A DNA stretch of 62,810 nt from an uncultured Candidatus Poseidoniales archaeon (GTDB taxonomy: Archaea > Thermoplasmatota > Poseidoniia > Poseidoniales > Thalassarchaeaceae). Below the pieces are notes generated by a model, which saw only the letters and a list, made by a program, of their open reading frames with translations, was not told the DNA's origin and did not search any database. The stretch covers positions 1 to 62,810 of the forward strand of contig CAYNXD010000073.1 of the NCBI GenBank assembly GCA_964401115.1, given 5' to 3'. Shown one piece after another: positions 48,128 to 57,561 of the stretch. Each line of letters opens with the position of its first letter. Position 1 is the first letter of the stretch. A program made the translations under genes and the position numbers.

Positions 48128-48727
48128 TTAATCACCCAATATCCGAGACCCGTCTAATATCCAACCCGCAATCTGCCCAGTCCACCTTAAGGGAATAACT
48201 TCCCCCTCGTCGGGTGCCAACCACCAATCGAAAGAATTGCGAATGTACTTTGGCAAACGATCAAAAACAAAACCCAAATCACCTCTTGTTTTACTAATTA
48301 GTAGGACCGATTTTGGCCCTATTTTTTCAACCTCGTTAAGCCTTGGTAATAGTACATCTGTTATGTAAGTAAGTGTAGAATTACTCGGTATTATTATTGA
48401 AATCATAATCTGTTCTGAAACTGCATGTCCAAGAGATATTTCTTTATCAGGTGAGAATAAATCGATCGCTGCTCTTTCACAACCAACCATCAATAAATCC
48501 ATGACTTCCTTGTGGGATGTTGCACTAGAATCGACTTGTATCTGACGAAATTCATCGATGAATTGTCTAAGAAAGTTAAGAGGCATATTTTTCCTGATAT
48601 TCCCCCTAAATTCTATGTGAATTGGGTGGTTAGAAAGGCGGTGATCATGAAACTCAACAGGGCCAGGCCATAGCCCTTCTTCACTCCAAACAAATCTTGC
48701 CCAATATTCCACAATGCCCCCCCTCAA
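48128..48727 (-). CDS. Hypothetical protein (199 aa), abuts 47531..48127
   Basis: Its stop directly abuts the start of the next gene (48127/48128), suggesting co-translation. No motif recognised. Confidence 0.45.
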   Translation of the reverse strand: MRGGIVEYWARFVWSEEGLWPGPVEFHDHRLSNHPIHIEFRGNIRKNMPLNFLRQFIDEFRQIQVDSSATSHKEVMDLLMVGCERAAIDLFSPDKEISLGHAVSEQIMISIIIPSNSTLTYITDVLLPRLNEVEKIGPKSVLLISKTRGDLGFVFDRLPKYIRNSFDWWLAPDEGEVIPLRWTGQIAGWILDGSRILGD

Positions 48728-48852
48728 ATGAGGTTAGAGCATCAACCATATGTTAATCCACTTATCGCAACAACAAAGCGGTATAATCACCTGCGGCGGC
48801 TCAGGTGAATAACTGAATGCTAAAATAGGGTCAGTTGCACAGGAGATGTTTG

Positions 48853-50064
48853 ATGAAGGAATATATTGCTCGTGATCCAAAAACTGGTATGCCGCTGGCG
48901 TTTGGGAAAAGAGGGATTTCCTATAAGATAGATGAGGCCTATAGAGCGCCAAAAGGTCCTTGGGATGCAATAAAGCATTATGAAATAATTTCAATATGCG
49001 ATGGATCTATTCAGGCATTAGAGGTTAGATGGAAAGAAAAGCCCCAGTTGATAACTAGGACCGATGCAATTAGGGCATTACCAAGAATAATGAGGGAGGA
49101 GCCAGAATCAGTTCATAAACAACTAATTTTAGCCCTTTCTGACATCAAACCAGAAGTAAGAATTTCAGCACTTTTCTCACTTCCATATTGCGCTCTAGTA
49201 GAGACTGATGAGCTATTTGAGAATCTCCATGAATTGTTAGACGATGTAGATGTTAATGTTAGGAAAGCGGCTTCAACATGTTTGGAAATTGTAGCACCTG
49301 TATTTCCATCGGCCACAGAAGAAACATTGTTTCAAGAATTGCAATCAACAGTTGCATCTAGGAGAAAGCACGCGTATTCAGCATTGAAGGAGATGTGCCA
49401 AGTATGGCCAGAAGTTGTAGTTAATCATCTAGATGAGTTGCTACGGTCTGATAATCAAGGTTTAAGATTGGAGGCAGCAAGAATATTGCCCCCACTCGCG
49501 CGTACTAAATCAGCCTCTGTATGGGATTTGATTGGATGGTCATTATCCGACGAATCGGGACCAGTTCGTGCTCAGGCGGCTAGAACCTTGCCTACACTCG
49601 CAAATATTCATCCACAAATGGCTAAGATATTGATAGAAAATTCATTATTTGACACAAACAACCAAGTTAGGAAATCTGCTTTGAGGGCATTGAAATCAAT
49701 TGATGTGAGCGGCTTTAGAATGAACCGTTTGTGTATTGATGGCGCAAGGCACAGTGACCCGGAAATTCGCAGAGCATGCATTTTAATGATGCCAAGGCTA
49801 TTCACCGAATCAGAGATGAGAATCCAAGCATTGGAATTGTTAAGACAAGAAACTAGACCCGAATTAATTTCTCTTTTGGAAGAAATTTCAATAGATCCTG
49901 AAATTGAAGGTGGGGAAGATGAAAAGAACCGTTTCTTGGCACCCGTGCCACAAGCTACAAATGAAGATGGAACACCGATACTGCCTTCTTTAGAAACAGG
50001 TTTGGATAAGAAAATAACAGACGTGAAAAGTGATGATAATTCAAAATCTGATGAAACAGATTGA
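48853..50064 (+). CDS. HEAT-repeat (PBS-lyase-like) protein
   Basis: At least 6 repeats of the form D..VR..A...L. AGGAG lies 8 nt upstream of ATG 48853. Confidence 0.7.
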   Translation: MKEYIARDPKTGMPLAFGKRGISYKIDEAYRAPKGPWDAIKHYEIISICDGSIQALEVRWKEKPQLITRTDAIRALPRIMREEPESVHKQLILALSDIKPEVRISALFSLPYCALVETDELFENLHELLDDVDVNVRKAASTCLEIVAPVFPSATEETLFQELQSTVASRRKHAYSALKEMCQVWPEVVVNHLDELLRSDNQGLRLEAARILPPLARTKSASVWDLIGWSLSDESGPVRAQAARTLPTLANIHPQMAKILIENSLFDTNNQVRKSALRALKSIDVSGFRMNRLCIDGARHSDPEIRRACILMMPRLFTESEMRIQALELLRQETRPELISLLEEISIDPEIEGGEDEKNRFLAPVPQATNEDGTPILPSLETGLDKKITDVKSDDNSKSDETD

Positions 50065-50125
50065 TTATTGATTTTGCGTCATCGTTAAAGAGGGGCGTCA
50101 GGTGGGGCGGTCGCTGAGTGATACC

Positions 50126-50416
50126 ATGAGTGGGAAATCGGGCGATTGGAAGGCCGAGCAATTCGAGCGATTGTGGTATGGTAAAAGTGCCAAGGGGGAG
50201 AATCCAGTGAAGGCTGCTAAGTTCCGTCAGTACATGCGAGAGCATGTAAGACAAAAGGTACCAGATATCAAGTCAGTTAGTAGGAAGAGAGCTGAGACTA
50301 TTGGCGATGGGGGTGGAGTACACATGAATGAGAATAGGTACTTTACTAAAGAATACTGTCTGAAGTATTGGATGGGCGAACTGCAAGAAGAAATTCGAGA
50401 AGCAGAGTCCTACTAA
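50126..50416 (+). CDS. Hypothetical small basic protein
   Basis: ORF between the HEAT and helicase genes. No motif recognised. Confidence 0.35.
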   Translation: MSGKSGDWKAEQFERLWYGKSAKGENPVKAAKFRQYMREHVRQKVPDIKSVSRKRAETIGDGGGVHMNENRYFTKEYCLKYWMGELQEEIREAESY

Positions 50417-50432
50417 TTGGGCAGGTGATCGA

Positions 50433-51878
50433 ATGTCGAGTGATTCTACATTATCCAATGTTAAGTTTGATAGTTGGGATTTAGAATCCAATATTCTAAA
50501 TTCATTATCCGAGAATGGTTGGAGTTTTGCAACAAAAATTCAAGCAGACGCAATTCCAATCGCTAGAATGGGACGGGATGTCGTAGGACAGGCTAGAACT
50601 GGTTCTGGAAAAACTGCAGCATTCGGAATACCGTGCATTGAATCAACAGAAATTAACGGAATTACTCAAACTCTAATTATCACTCCTACTAGGGAGTTAG
50701 CCCAGCAGGTATCTGAAGAACTTAGTTGGTTAAAGGGTGATAAGGGCTTGAAAATTGAAACAGTATATGGTGGTACTGATATTGAAAAGCAAGCAAAGAC
50801 ACTCGATGGCGGGGTGGAAATAATTGTTGGTACTCCGGGTAGAATTATTGACATGTCAAAAAGGGGTCACATCAATCTTGAAGGAATTACTAAACTATGC
50901 TTAGATGAAGCTGACAGAATGTTGGATATGGGGTTCTTTCCAGACATTATTTGGATACTAGAAAAAATGGAAAATCGAAAACAAACGATGTTGTTCAGTG
51001 CGACCTTCCCAGAAGAAGTTCTGGAAGCTGCAAATACTTTCATTTCCGATGCAGAACATGTAATGTCTGATGATTTAGAAGTAGAAATACCTGAAATTCA
51101 ACAACTTCACATTTCAGTAGGTAGGGCTAACAAATTATGGGCTTTAGGTAGGATATTAGTTAAAATGGATGAAGATGATCAAATGATGGTTTTTACCAAC
51201 ACTAAAAGGATGGTAGACTTACTAGTACAACGTCTTAATAAATTTAGGCTTAATGCAGTAGGTCTTCATGGAGATATGCCTCAAAATAAGCGCCAGAGAA
51301 TAATTGAATCATTCAAAGAAGGTAAAGATAAGGTGTTAGTTTGCACTGATGTTGCTGCTAGAGGAATTGATGTTGATGGGGTTACAATTGTGGTGAATTA
51401 TGATTTACCTGACGATGTTGAGAGTTATGTTCACAGAATTGGAAGAACAGGTAGGATGGGCAGAAAAGGTGTTGCTTGGTCATTTGTTAGCGGTGAAGAC
51501 GAGGGGCAACTTCAGAAGATTTCTGCAACATGGAATCTTGAAATTCCAGAATCAAATCCACCCGAGTTGCCTGAAGGAGTTACTAGGGACCCAGTAAAAA
51601 GACAGAAGGATTGGGCTGAAGTTGCAAATAATTTTGGTATGGTTACTGTAAAATTGTCAATAGGGAAAAAACATGGCGCATCTAATCATAATCTCACCGA
51701 TTGGTTCCATAGTGAGGCTAGACTAGGCCAACTTGCTATAGGGGAGGTATCAATTTCAGAAAGTTCTAGTCAGGTAGAGATTCATCTTGATAAGGTTGAG
51801 TCGGCGATCAAGGTAATGGAGAATAGAAAGTGGGATGGTAATTCAGTTAATCTTGAAATTTCTAGATCAGGGATTTAA
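50433..51878 (+). CDS. DEAD-box ATP-dependent RNA helicase with DbpA-like C-terminal RNA-binding domain
   Basis: AQARTGSGKT, PTRELA, DEAD, SAT and HRIGRTGR, plus a C-terminal ~80-aa RRM-like extension. Confidence 0.92.
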   Translation: MSSDSTLSNVKFDSWDLESNILNSLSENGWSFATKIQADAIPIARMGRDVVGQARTGSGKTAAFGIPCIESTEINGITQTLIITPTRELAQQVSEELSWLKGDKGLKIETVYGGTDIEKQAKTLDGGVEIIVGTPGRIIDMSKRGHINLEGITKLCLDEADRMLDMGFFPDIIWILEKMENRKQTMLFSATFPEEVLEAANTFISDAEHVMSDDLEVEIPEIQQLHISVGRANKLWALGRILVKMDEDDQMMVFTNTKRMVDLLVQRLNKFRLNAVGLHGDMPQNKRQRIIESFKEGKDKVLVCTDVAARGIDVDGVTIVVNYDLPDDVESYVHRIGRTGRMGRKGVAWSFVSGEDEGQLQKISATWNLEIPESNPPELPEGVTRDPVKRQKDWAEVANNFGMVTVKLSIGKKHGASNHNLTDWFHSEARLGQLAIGEVSISESSSQVEIHLDKVESAIKVMENRKWDGNSVNLEISRSGI

Positions 51879-52817
51879 TCACTCTTCCTCATCTAGGTTT
51901 GATTTCCATTCAAATTTCATAACAGCGACTAAGGTGACAAATGCACTTGTTAAAAGATATCGAAATGATTTTCCCGAGATATTTTCCCATTCTCTAATCT
52001 CATCAGCGCATTTTGCAGATACTATATCTTCACACCCTTCTGCCTCCAATTTTTCTTTCTCTGCATCATTATCAAAACCTAGAGTGTAAGCTGATGATGT
52101 GGCTAATAAGCCAGCAATTAACAGCATTACAATTGACCATTTAGGTAATGGATTTCTTTGTTTAATTTCCTTTGGCATAGAAATTAACTTTGCAATATCT
52201 CCCATTTCACGAGTTTTGGATGGGCCCCCTGCGAAAATAAACCAAGTTGTCCAACCTATTAGGATGATTAATAAAAATCCTGAATCTAGCATTAATTGGT
52301 GAAAATCCCACATTGGTGACCAGCACCCATATTCCCCTGATGCACTGCTACATCCATTGACTGCTAGCGGGTAAAGAATCAGTAGCCGAGCAATATTGAG
52401 GACACTCAATACTAGTGTCATTGAAGCAATTCCTCTTAATTTCAGATTTTTTGAAATTCCGGGGGTCATCCAAATCATGAAACAAACAAAGGCAACCTCA
52501 TGAATTCCGACACACTCATCAGTGACTGCTAGCAATGGGATGTCACTACCAATCAAATTTGGATGTTTGAAATCAATTACATTGACCAATCCATTTTCAC
52601 TAGTAGTAATTGTAATGGTATCGGAACCAAAAATTAGTGAATGAAGGTTATACCATATCCAAGCAATAAATTCTTGATAAATAGAAAAACTATCCTCTGG
52701 ATGAGTCATCCATCGATAGAGTAATTCAGCACCCACTAGCAAAAAAACAACAGTAAAAATAATTTTTACTTTGCCTGCAATTTCTGACCAAGATACATCG
52801 TCCTGGCTCTGCTCCAT
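51879..52817 (-). CDS. Exosortase/archaeosortase-family membrane protein with extra C-terminal TM region
   Basis: Polytopic protein with the ordered triad contexts AVTDECVGI (Cys), LNIARLLI (Arg) and WDFHQLMLDSG (His). Confidence 0.55.
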   Translation of the reverse strand: MEQSQDDVSWSEIAGKVKIIFTVVFLLVGAELLYRWMTHPEDSFSIYQEFIAWIWYNLHSLIFGSDTITITTSENGLVNVIDFKHPNLIGSDIPLLAVTDECVGIHEVAFVCFMIWMTPGISKNLKLRGIASMTLVLSVLNIARLLILYPLAVNGCSSASGEYGCWSPMWDFHQLMLDSGFLLIILIGWTTWFIFAGGPSKTREMGDIAKLISMPKEIKQRNPLPKWSIVMLLIAGLLATSSAYTLGFDNDAEKEKLEAEGCEDIVSAKCADEIREWENISGKSFRYLLTSAFVTLVAVMKFEWKSNLDEEE

Positions 52818-52904
52818 GGTGGCTCGATGTGTTACTCCATATCAAAATAACATCCTGAATGGTTTGAAAAGTGTAGTGTTTGTCGAAAGATTACGGGTGC
52901 GGCT

Positions 52905-53774
52905 ATGCAAACCATCGACTTGTTGGGATATCACTGCCCTGTTCCAGTAAATGAGACTAAGAAGGCCCTTGAATTATTAGTTCAAGGTGAAATTCTTGAG
53001 GTAATTGCAGATGATTCCGAAGCAAAGCATGATATTCCCAAGTTATTGGAGAGGGTTGGAGCAAGATTGGTCTCTCTCACGGAAGATGCCGGTGAAATTA
53101 GATTTTACATAGAAAAAAGTGGGGGCTCCAAAATGGTTGATAATAATTTACAAGTGAAACTTATGGAGTCTGAGCAAATCCCTGCTGATGCACGACTTCC
53201 AACAGAAAAAGGAGAGTTTAGAATTAGGGTTTTTCATGAGGAGAATACGGGTCTTGATCATGTTGCACTAACTATGGGTGATATGTCGGGCCCAGATCCA
53301 GTTTTGGTTAGAATACATTCAGAATGCCTTACTGGTGACGCTTTTGGTAGTCTTAGATGTGATTGTGGCCCTCAACTATCATCTGCAATGTCATTAATTC
53401 AAAATAAAGGATGGGGTTGTATAGTATATTTGAGGCAAGAGGGTCGGGGTATTGGGTTACGTGAGAAAATTAAAGCTTACAATTTACAAGACGATGGTGC
53501 TGACACAATGGATGCAAATATTATTTTGGGGCATCCCCCTGATGCAAGGGATTATAGAATCGCAACTGATATTTTGAATGCAATTGGAATTACCGAAGTA
53601 TGTCTTTTGACAAATAATCCAGACAAGGTTAACCAAATTCAAAGTATGGGGATTCGAGTTGTAGAAAAAATGCCAATTATTGTTGGAGTAAGTAAAGAAA
53701 ATGTTGATTATTTGACTACTAAAGCAGATAGGATGGGCCATTCAATTGATTCAGATTCTTTAACTAAAGATTAG
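52905..53774 (+). CDS. ribA: Fusion protein: TusA/SirA-like sulfur-carrier domain + GTP cyclohydrolase II
   Basis: N-terminus DLLGYHCPVPVNETKKAL...ILEVIADD (TusA CPxP). C-terminus VRIHSECLTGDAFGSLRCDCGPQL, YLRQEGRGIGL and LLTNNP (RibA). Confidence 0.85.
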   Translation: MQTIDLLGYHCPVPVNETKKALELLVQGEILEVIADDSEAKHDIPKLLERVGARLVSLTEDAGEIRFYIEKSGGSKMVDNNLQVKLMESEQIPADARLPTEKGEFRIRVFHEENTGLDHVALTMGDMSGPDPVLVRIHSECLTGDAFGSLRCDCGPQLSSAMSLIQNKGWGCIVYLRQEGRGIGLREKIKAYNLQDDGADTMDANIILGHPPDARDYRIATDILNAIGITEVCLLTNNPDKVNQIQSMGIRVVEKMPIIVGVSKENVDYLTTKADRMGHSIDSDSLTKD

Positions 53775-53790
53775 GTAAATTGGTAAAGAG

Positions 53791-53863
53791 GGCCGCGGCC
53801 GGGAATTGAACCCGGGTTGGCGGGACCACAACCCACCGTCATAACCTCTAGACCACCGCAGCC
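53791..53863 (-). tRNA. tRNA-His: tRNA-His (anticodon GUG) with genome-encoded G-1
   Basis: The reverse complement reads G-GCTGCGG-TG-GTCT...GAC-G-GTGGG-TTGTGGT-CCCGC-...CCGGGTTCAATTCCCGG-CCGCGGC-C. G-1 pairs with C73. Confidence 0.88.
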
Positions 53864-53958
53864 AATAGGTGAGACTCCCACATACTAGCCCCTAATCAAC
53901 CGTTCTACGTGGCCATCAATACGAGAGATTGAAGGTCTCCAACAACTCGGAGGCAAAT

Positions 53959-56352
53959 ATGGAACGCAGGTCTCGAGGCTCTCCAGCAATATTCCTAGCA
54001 ATGCTAATCTTTGCATCAGTCCCATCTTTTGCAATAGCCGATACTGTAATTCGTTCGGATTCGATTGACCTATTTCCTGAAGGTTCTTTCGAAAATGCTA
54101 GCGAATGGTCAATTTCAACTCAGCATGGTTTCACTCAGGGAGTATCTGCACACTGGACTGAAGCTATGGTTACTGATAGCCATTTGTCATTCACTCATTC
54201 AAGGCCAAGAAATATTGATCAATATACTAGTTGGTCAAGTTTTTCTACAACTAATAGTAATGAATCAGTCGGTGCTCCTGATGGCGGATACACATGGAGC
54301 AAGGGCCCTGAAATAGAATTGTCTGGTTTTTCATTCACTGATCATTACAACAAACCATTGTTGAATGCTAAAATCATAGTTTATTTTGCTATCCCAGACA
54401 CGCTTCAGGATGATGAAGTTAGAATAGAAATGGACTGGGATGGCCAGATTTATCTTCTTGAAAAGTTCGCTCACACCCAATCCGCAATCAACAATATGCA
54501 AGGTAACCCACTTGAATTGTCTATTGATAATTTGAATAATTGGACCTGGGCCGAACTCGAAAACACTATGATTACCATTGATTATGCGTCTTCTGGAGGT
54601 ATTGATGATAGTGAAGTACAAGTCGATGCAGTCGGAATTCAAGTGGAATACCAAGCCCAATGGTCGGGCCTAGATTCTGCTAAGGCAACCCATTCTACAA
54701 CAATGTCAATGTCGCCATTCTACGATTTTAACTTGGCTGAAGGAAATCACAACAACGTAGTCACTGGAAGTTGTGGCCTCAATTTAGCAAGTGGGACGTC
54801 AGGAGTCTGGATTACTCCGCCTCTTCAATTACCCCACGATCAATCATGGGGTAGAATTCATATTTATGGTAATTCAACTAATTCTATTGAAATTCAATCA
54901 AGTAATGATGGTGTAAGTTGGTCAGAGGGTATCAGCTATAATGACAATTCAGTTATTTCTGGAGATGGCTTTGTTCGTGCTGAAATTGTGATATTTGATG
55001 GATGTATATCAGGAGTTAGAATTGATTTTAATGACCCGACTATTTTGATTAATGGTGAAATTTCAGGAATTTCAGATGGTTTAGTAGATAATTTCAGTTA
55101 TCTTAGCGTTGCAATTGCTAACGAATTAGTTGGCACTCATTCAATGGCAATTGGACAATTTCAACTTTCAATACCTGTCGGCCGTTTCTTACCTTCTGAA
55201 GGTGAAGATTTGACTATTGGGATTGGGGCTAGATTTTACTGGTCATCTTCTGGAGAAGAAGAAACATTAGTTGCACAAATTGAGGATATCGCGTTATCTG
55301 GAGGTTTTGTAGTGGAATGGGATTTGGATCCAACATGTGAATCACCTTCAGATATTTATCTAGAAGAAGATGGGATTGGTAGCGTAATTCCTTTTAGGAG
55401 TTCATGCTCTGATGATATAACTCCAACTAATTTGTTGCAAGTTTCAGTTTTATCCAGTGATGAAACATTGGTAATCGCTTCTGTATCTGATGGAAATATC
55501 GTAATTAGTCAACAGGCGGAAAAATCTGGGGTTGCAACAGTGCAAGTATTTACAACGGATGAAAGAGGAAATCAATGGTCATCATTCATGGATGTTGTTG
55601 TTTCTTCGATAGACGACCCGCCATCATACGGCAATCTTCCACTAGAAGTTTTAGTGCCTGTTGGCGACCCTGTATCAGTTTCCCTTAACGTTGCTGACAT
55701 AGATACAGATATGGATAATTTGACGATAGTCACGGATACATCTTGGGCAACTATAGATCAATTTGGTAACCTTTTGCTTTCGCCGCTATCACCTGGTACA
55801 TTTGACATTTCAATTACAATTTCAGATGGCACTACAACAATAACTGAATATATTACAATCCTTTCAACTGCAGATCCAGATTTGCTAATAGAAGATGTAG
55901 ATTTCAATCCGGATGAAATGATAGTTGGCTCATTAAATGAAATCAAGGTATGGGTTAGAAACGATGGTTTGAGTTCAGCATCATTAGTAACTATACGTTG
56001 TTACAATGGCCAGACTTTGATTGATAGTGCAAATATTACTCATATTGAGGATTCTAGTGTTGCATCTACTTCTTGTTATTGGCAATTACCAAATCAAGTA
56101 GGTAACACCTCACTTAGGGTATATGTTGATCCTACTCATGACATATTAGAAGTCTCAGAATTGAATAATGAATATTCTACAGTAGTTGAAATTCTACCAA
56201 CAAATCAGAAAGATGGTGGTACTAATACTAATTCTAATTCAGAACCTATTCTTAATACAAACTCGATATGGATAATTTCTGTAATTGTTATTCTAGTTGC
56301 TATTATAGCAATGCAAATTGGTCCTGGTAAGGTAAGAAGAAATCTAGATTGA
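53959..56352 (+). CDS. Secreted beta-rich surface protein with CARDB-like module and C-terminal TM anchor
   Basis: Signal peptide (AIFLAMLIFASVPSFAIA), CARDB-like DLLIEDVDFNPDEMIVGSLNEIKVWVRNDG and C-terminal TM IWIISVIVILVAIIAM. Confidence 0.7.
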   Translation: MERRSRGSPAIFLAMLIFASVPSFAIADTVIRSDSIDLFPEGSFENASEWSISTQHGFTQGVSAHWTEAMVTDSHLSFTHSRPRNIDQYTSWSSFSTTNSNESVGAPDGGYTWSKGPEIELSGFSFTDHYNKPLLNAKIIVYFAIPDTLQDDEVRIEMDWDGQIYLLEKFAHTQSAINNMQGNPLELSIDNLNNWTWAELENTMITIDYASSGGIDDSEVQVDAVGIQVEYQAQWSGLDSAKATHSTTMSMSPFYDFNLAEGNHNNVVTGSCGLNLASGTSGVWITPPLQLPHDQSWGRIHIYGNSTNSIEIQSSNDGVSWSEGISYNDNSVISGDGFVRAEIVIFDGCISGVRIDFNDPTILINGEISGISDGLVDNFSYLSVAIANELVGTHSMAIGQFQLSIPVGRFLPSEGEDLTIGIGARFYWSSSGEEETLVAQIEDIALSGGFVVEWDLDPTCESPSDIYLEEDGIGSVIPFRSSCSDDITPTNLLQVSVLSSDETLVIASVSDGNIVISQQAEKSGVATVQVFTTDERGNQWSSFMDVVVSSIDDPPSYGNLPLEVLVPVGDPVSVSLNVADIDTDMDNLTIVTDTSWATIDQFGNLLLSPLSPGTFDISITISDGTTTITEYITILSTADPDLLIEDVDFNPDEMIVGSLNEIKVWVRNDGLSSASLVTIRCYNGQTLIDSANITHIEDSSVASTSCYWQLPNQVGNTSLRVYVDPTHDILEVSELNNEYSTVVEILPTNQKDGGTNTNSNSEPILNTNSIWIISVIVILVAIIAMQIGPGKVRRNLD

Positions 56353-56365
56353 AAATAAAATTGAA

Positions 56366-56376
56366 TTTTTGTTTTT
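56366..56376 (+). terminator. Oligo-T tract (T5-G-T5), candidate archaeal terminator for 53959..56352
   Basis: TTTTTGTTTTT lies 14 nt after the stop codon. Confidence 0.35.
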
Positions 56377-56593
56377 ACTGAAATCAACAGATTAGAACGC
56401 ACCTTATGACGGATAATCCATTATTTTCGGACAATGGTTATAGGTGGCCCGTGAGTGAAAAGTTTGCTCTCACAAGTCAGCAGCGTCTGACGGGGGTGGG
56501 AGTGGGGGATGCGAAATGGGGACATTAAAAATACGTCTTGAAACAGAAGAATGGATTTACGAAGAGTATGAAATAAACTAAATCTAGTTTTAT

Positions 56594-57559
56594 TCACCAT
56601 CTTTTTGGATAGGTGTCGGTTTGCATTAAGACAAGGTTTGGCCTTGCAACTTCTCCACCATTCATATTTTCAACATCGCTACCATTTACACTCATTGTTG
56701 CTAGGCATACAATTTCACCTTTTATCGTCATGATTGCGACCTCATCTCCTCTGTTCACTTTATTATTAATTCCAACAATACCGGGGCTTGCTAATGGTGC
56801 TCCATGTGATAGGGCAGAAGCAGCACCATCTTTGATTGTAATTTTTGGTATTCCTTCTAAAAGAAATTCTACCGGTTGCAATATTTTTTTCATAGCTGCG
56901 GTTTGATCATGTTTTTTCCACAAGAAAATAGCATCACTTAACTGGTGCATTGTAATTGCATCGTTTTCTGAAAAGTAACCACTTTTACTTCTCCTAAGTT
57001 CTAGGAGTTCTACTTTACCATCTAATAGGAGCCCTAGGTCTCTGGTTAATGTCCTTACATAGGTACCCGCTTCACACTCTATTTCACATAGTATAATTCT
57101 GTCTTCTCGTTCTAATATATTGAAAGATTTGATTGTACGTTGTCGCACCTGGACCTTAACGGCCGATTCTTTTGGTGGGACATTGTGAATCCTCCCTTCT
57201 AGATTGGAAATAGCATTTTTCAATTTTTCATCATCGATTTCCATTGGAATTTTAATTATACAAATATAGTGTTTCTCGCCCTTCAAAATTCTTCCAGTTA
57301 GTCTCATTGCCGAACCCGACAATAAAAGCAGACCACCATTGGCAAATGGATCTAAAGTACCTCCATGTCCTAGTTTCTCAACCCCTAACATATCTCTAGC
57401 CCATGCGGCTAATTGGTGACTACTAGGGCCGGATGGTTTATCCAAAAGAATCCAACCCCCGTCAAGGAGTTGTTCAATTGTTCGATCCTCGGGTGGGCAA
57501 CCGTACTTTGGTTCAGATGTTGCATCATTATCTAATATTGTCCAGTCACCCTCTGTCAA
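56594..57559 (-). CDS. cbf5: H/ACA RNP pseudouridine synthase Cbf5 (TruB family, PUA domain)
   Basis: GHGGTLDP catalytic block and a C-terminal PUA-like region. Lies directly downstream of cmk, as in many archaea. Confidence 0.92.
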   Translation of the reverse strand: MTEGDWTILDNDATSEPKYGCPPEDRTIEQLLDGGWILLDKPSGPSSHQLAAWARDMLGVEKLGHGGTLDPFANGGLLLLSGSAMRLTGRILKGEKHYICIIKIPMEIDDEKLKNAISNLEGRIHNVPPKESAVKVQVRQRTIKSFNILEREDRIILCEIECEAGTYVRTLTRDLGLLLDGKVELLELRRSKSGYFSENDAITMHQLSDAIFLWKKHDQTAAMKKILQPVEFLLEGIPKITIKDGAASALSHGAPLASPGIVGINNKVNRGDEVAIMTIKGEIVCLATMSVNGSDVENMNGGEVARPNLVLMQTDTYPKRW

Positions 57560-57561
57560 AA

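Noticed and set aside
39335-52817. Many membrane proteins here end in short acidic tails (…NNEEE, …AESEE, …LDEEE, …FNDE, …FGEE, …ELFD), considered as a shared C-terminal signal
   Set aside because: The whole proteome in this window is acid-rich and the tails share no fixed motif or spacing. Most likely compositional. It would need genome-wide statistics to revive.
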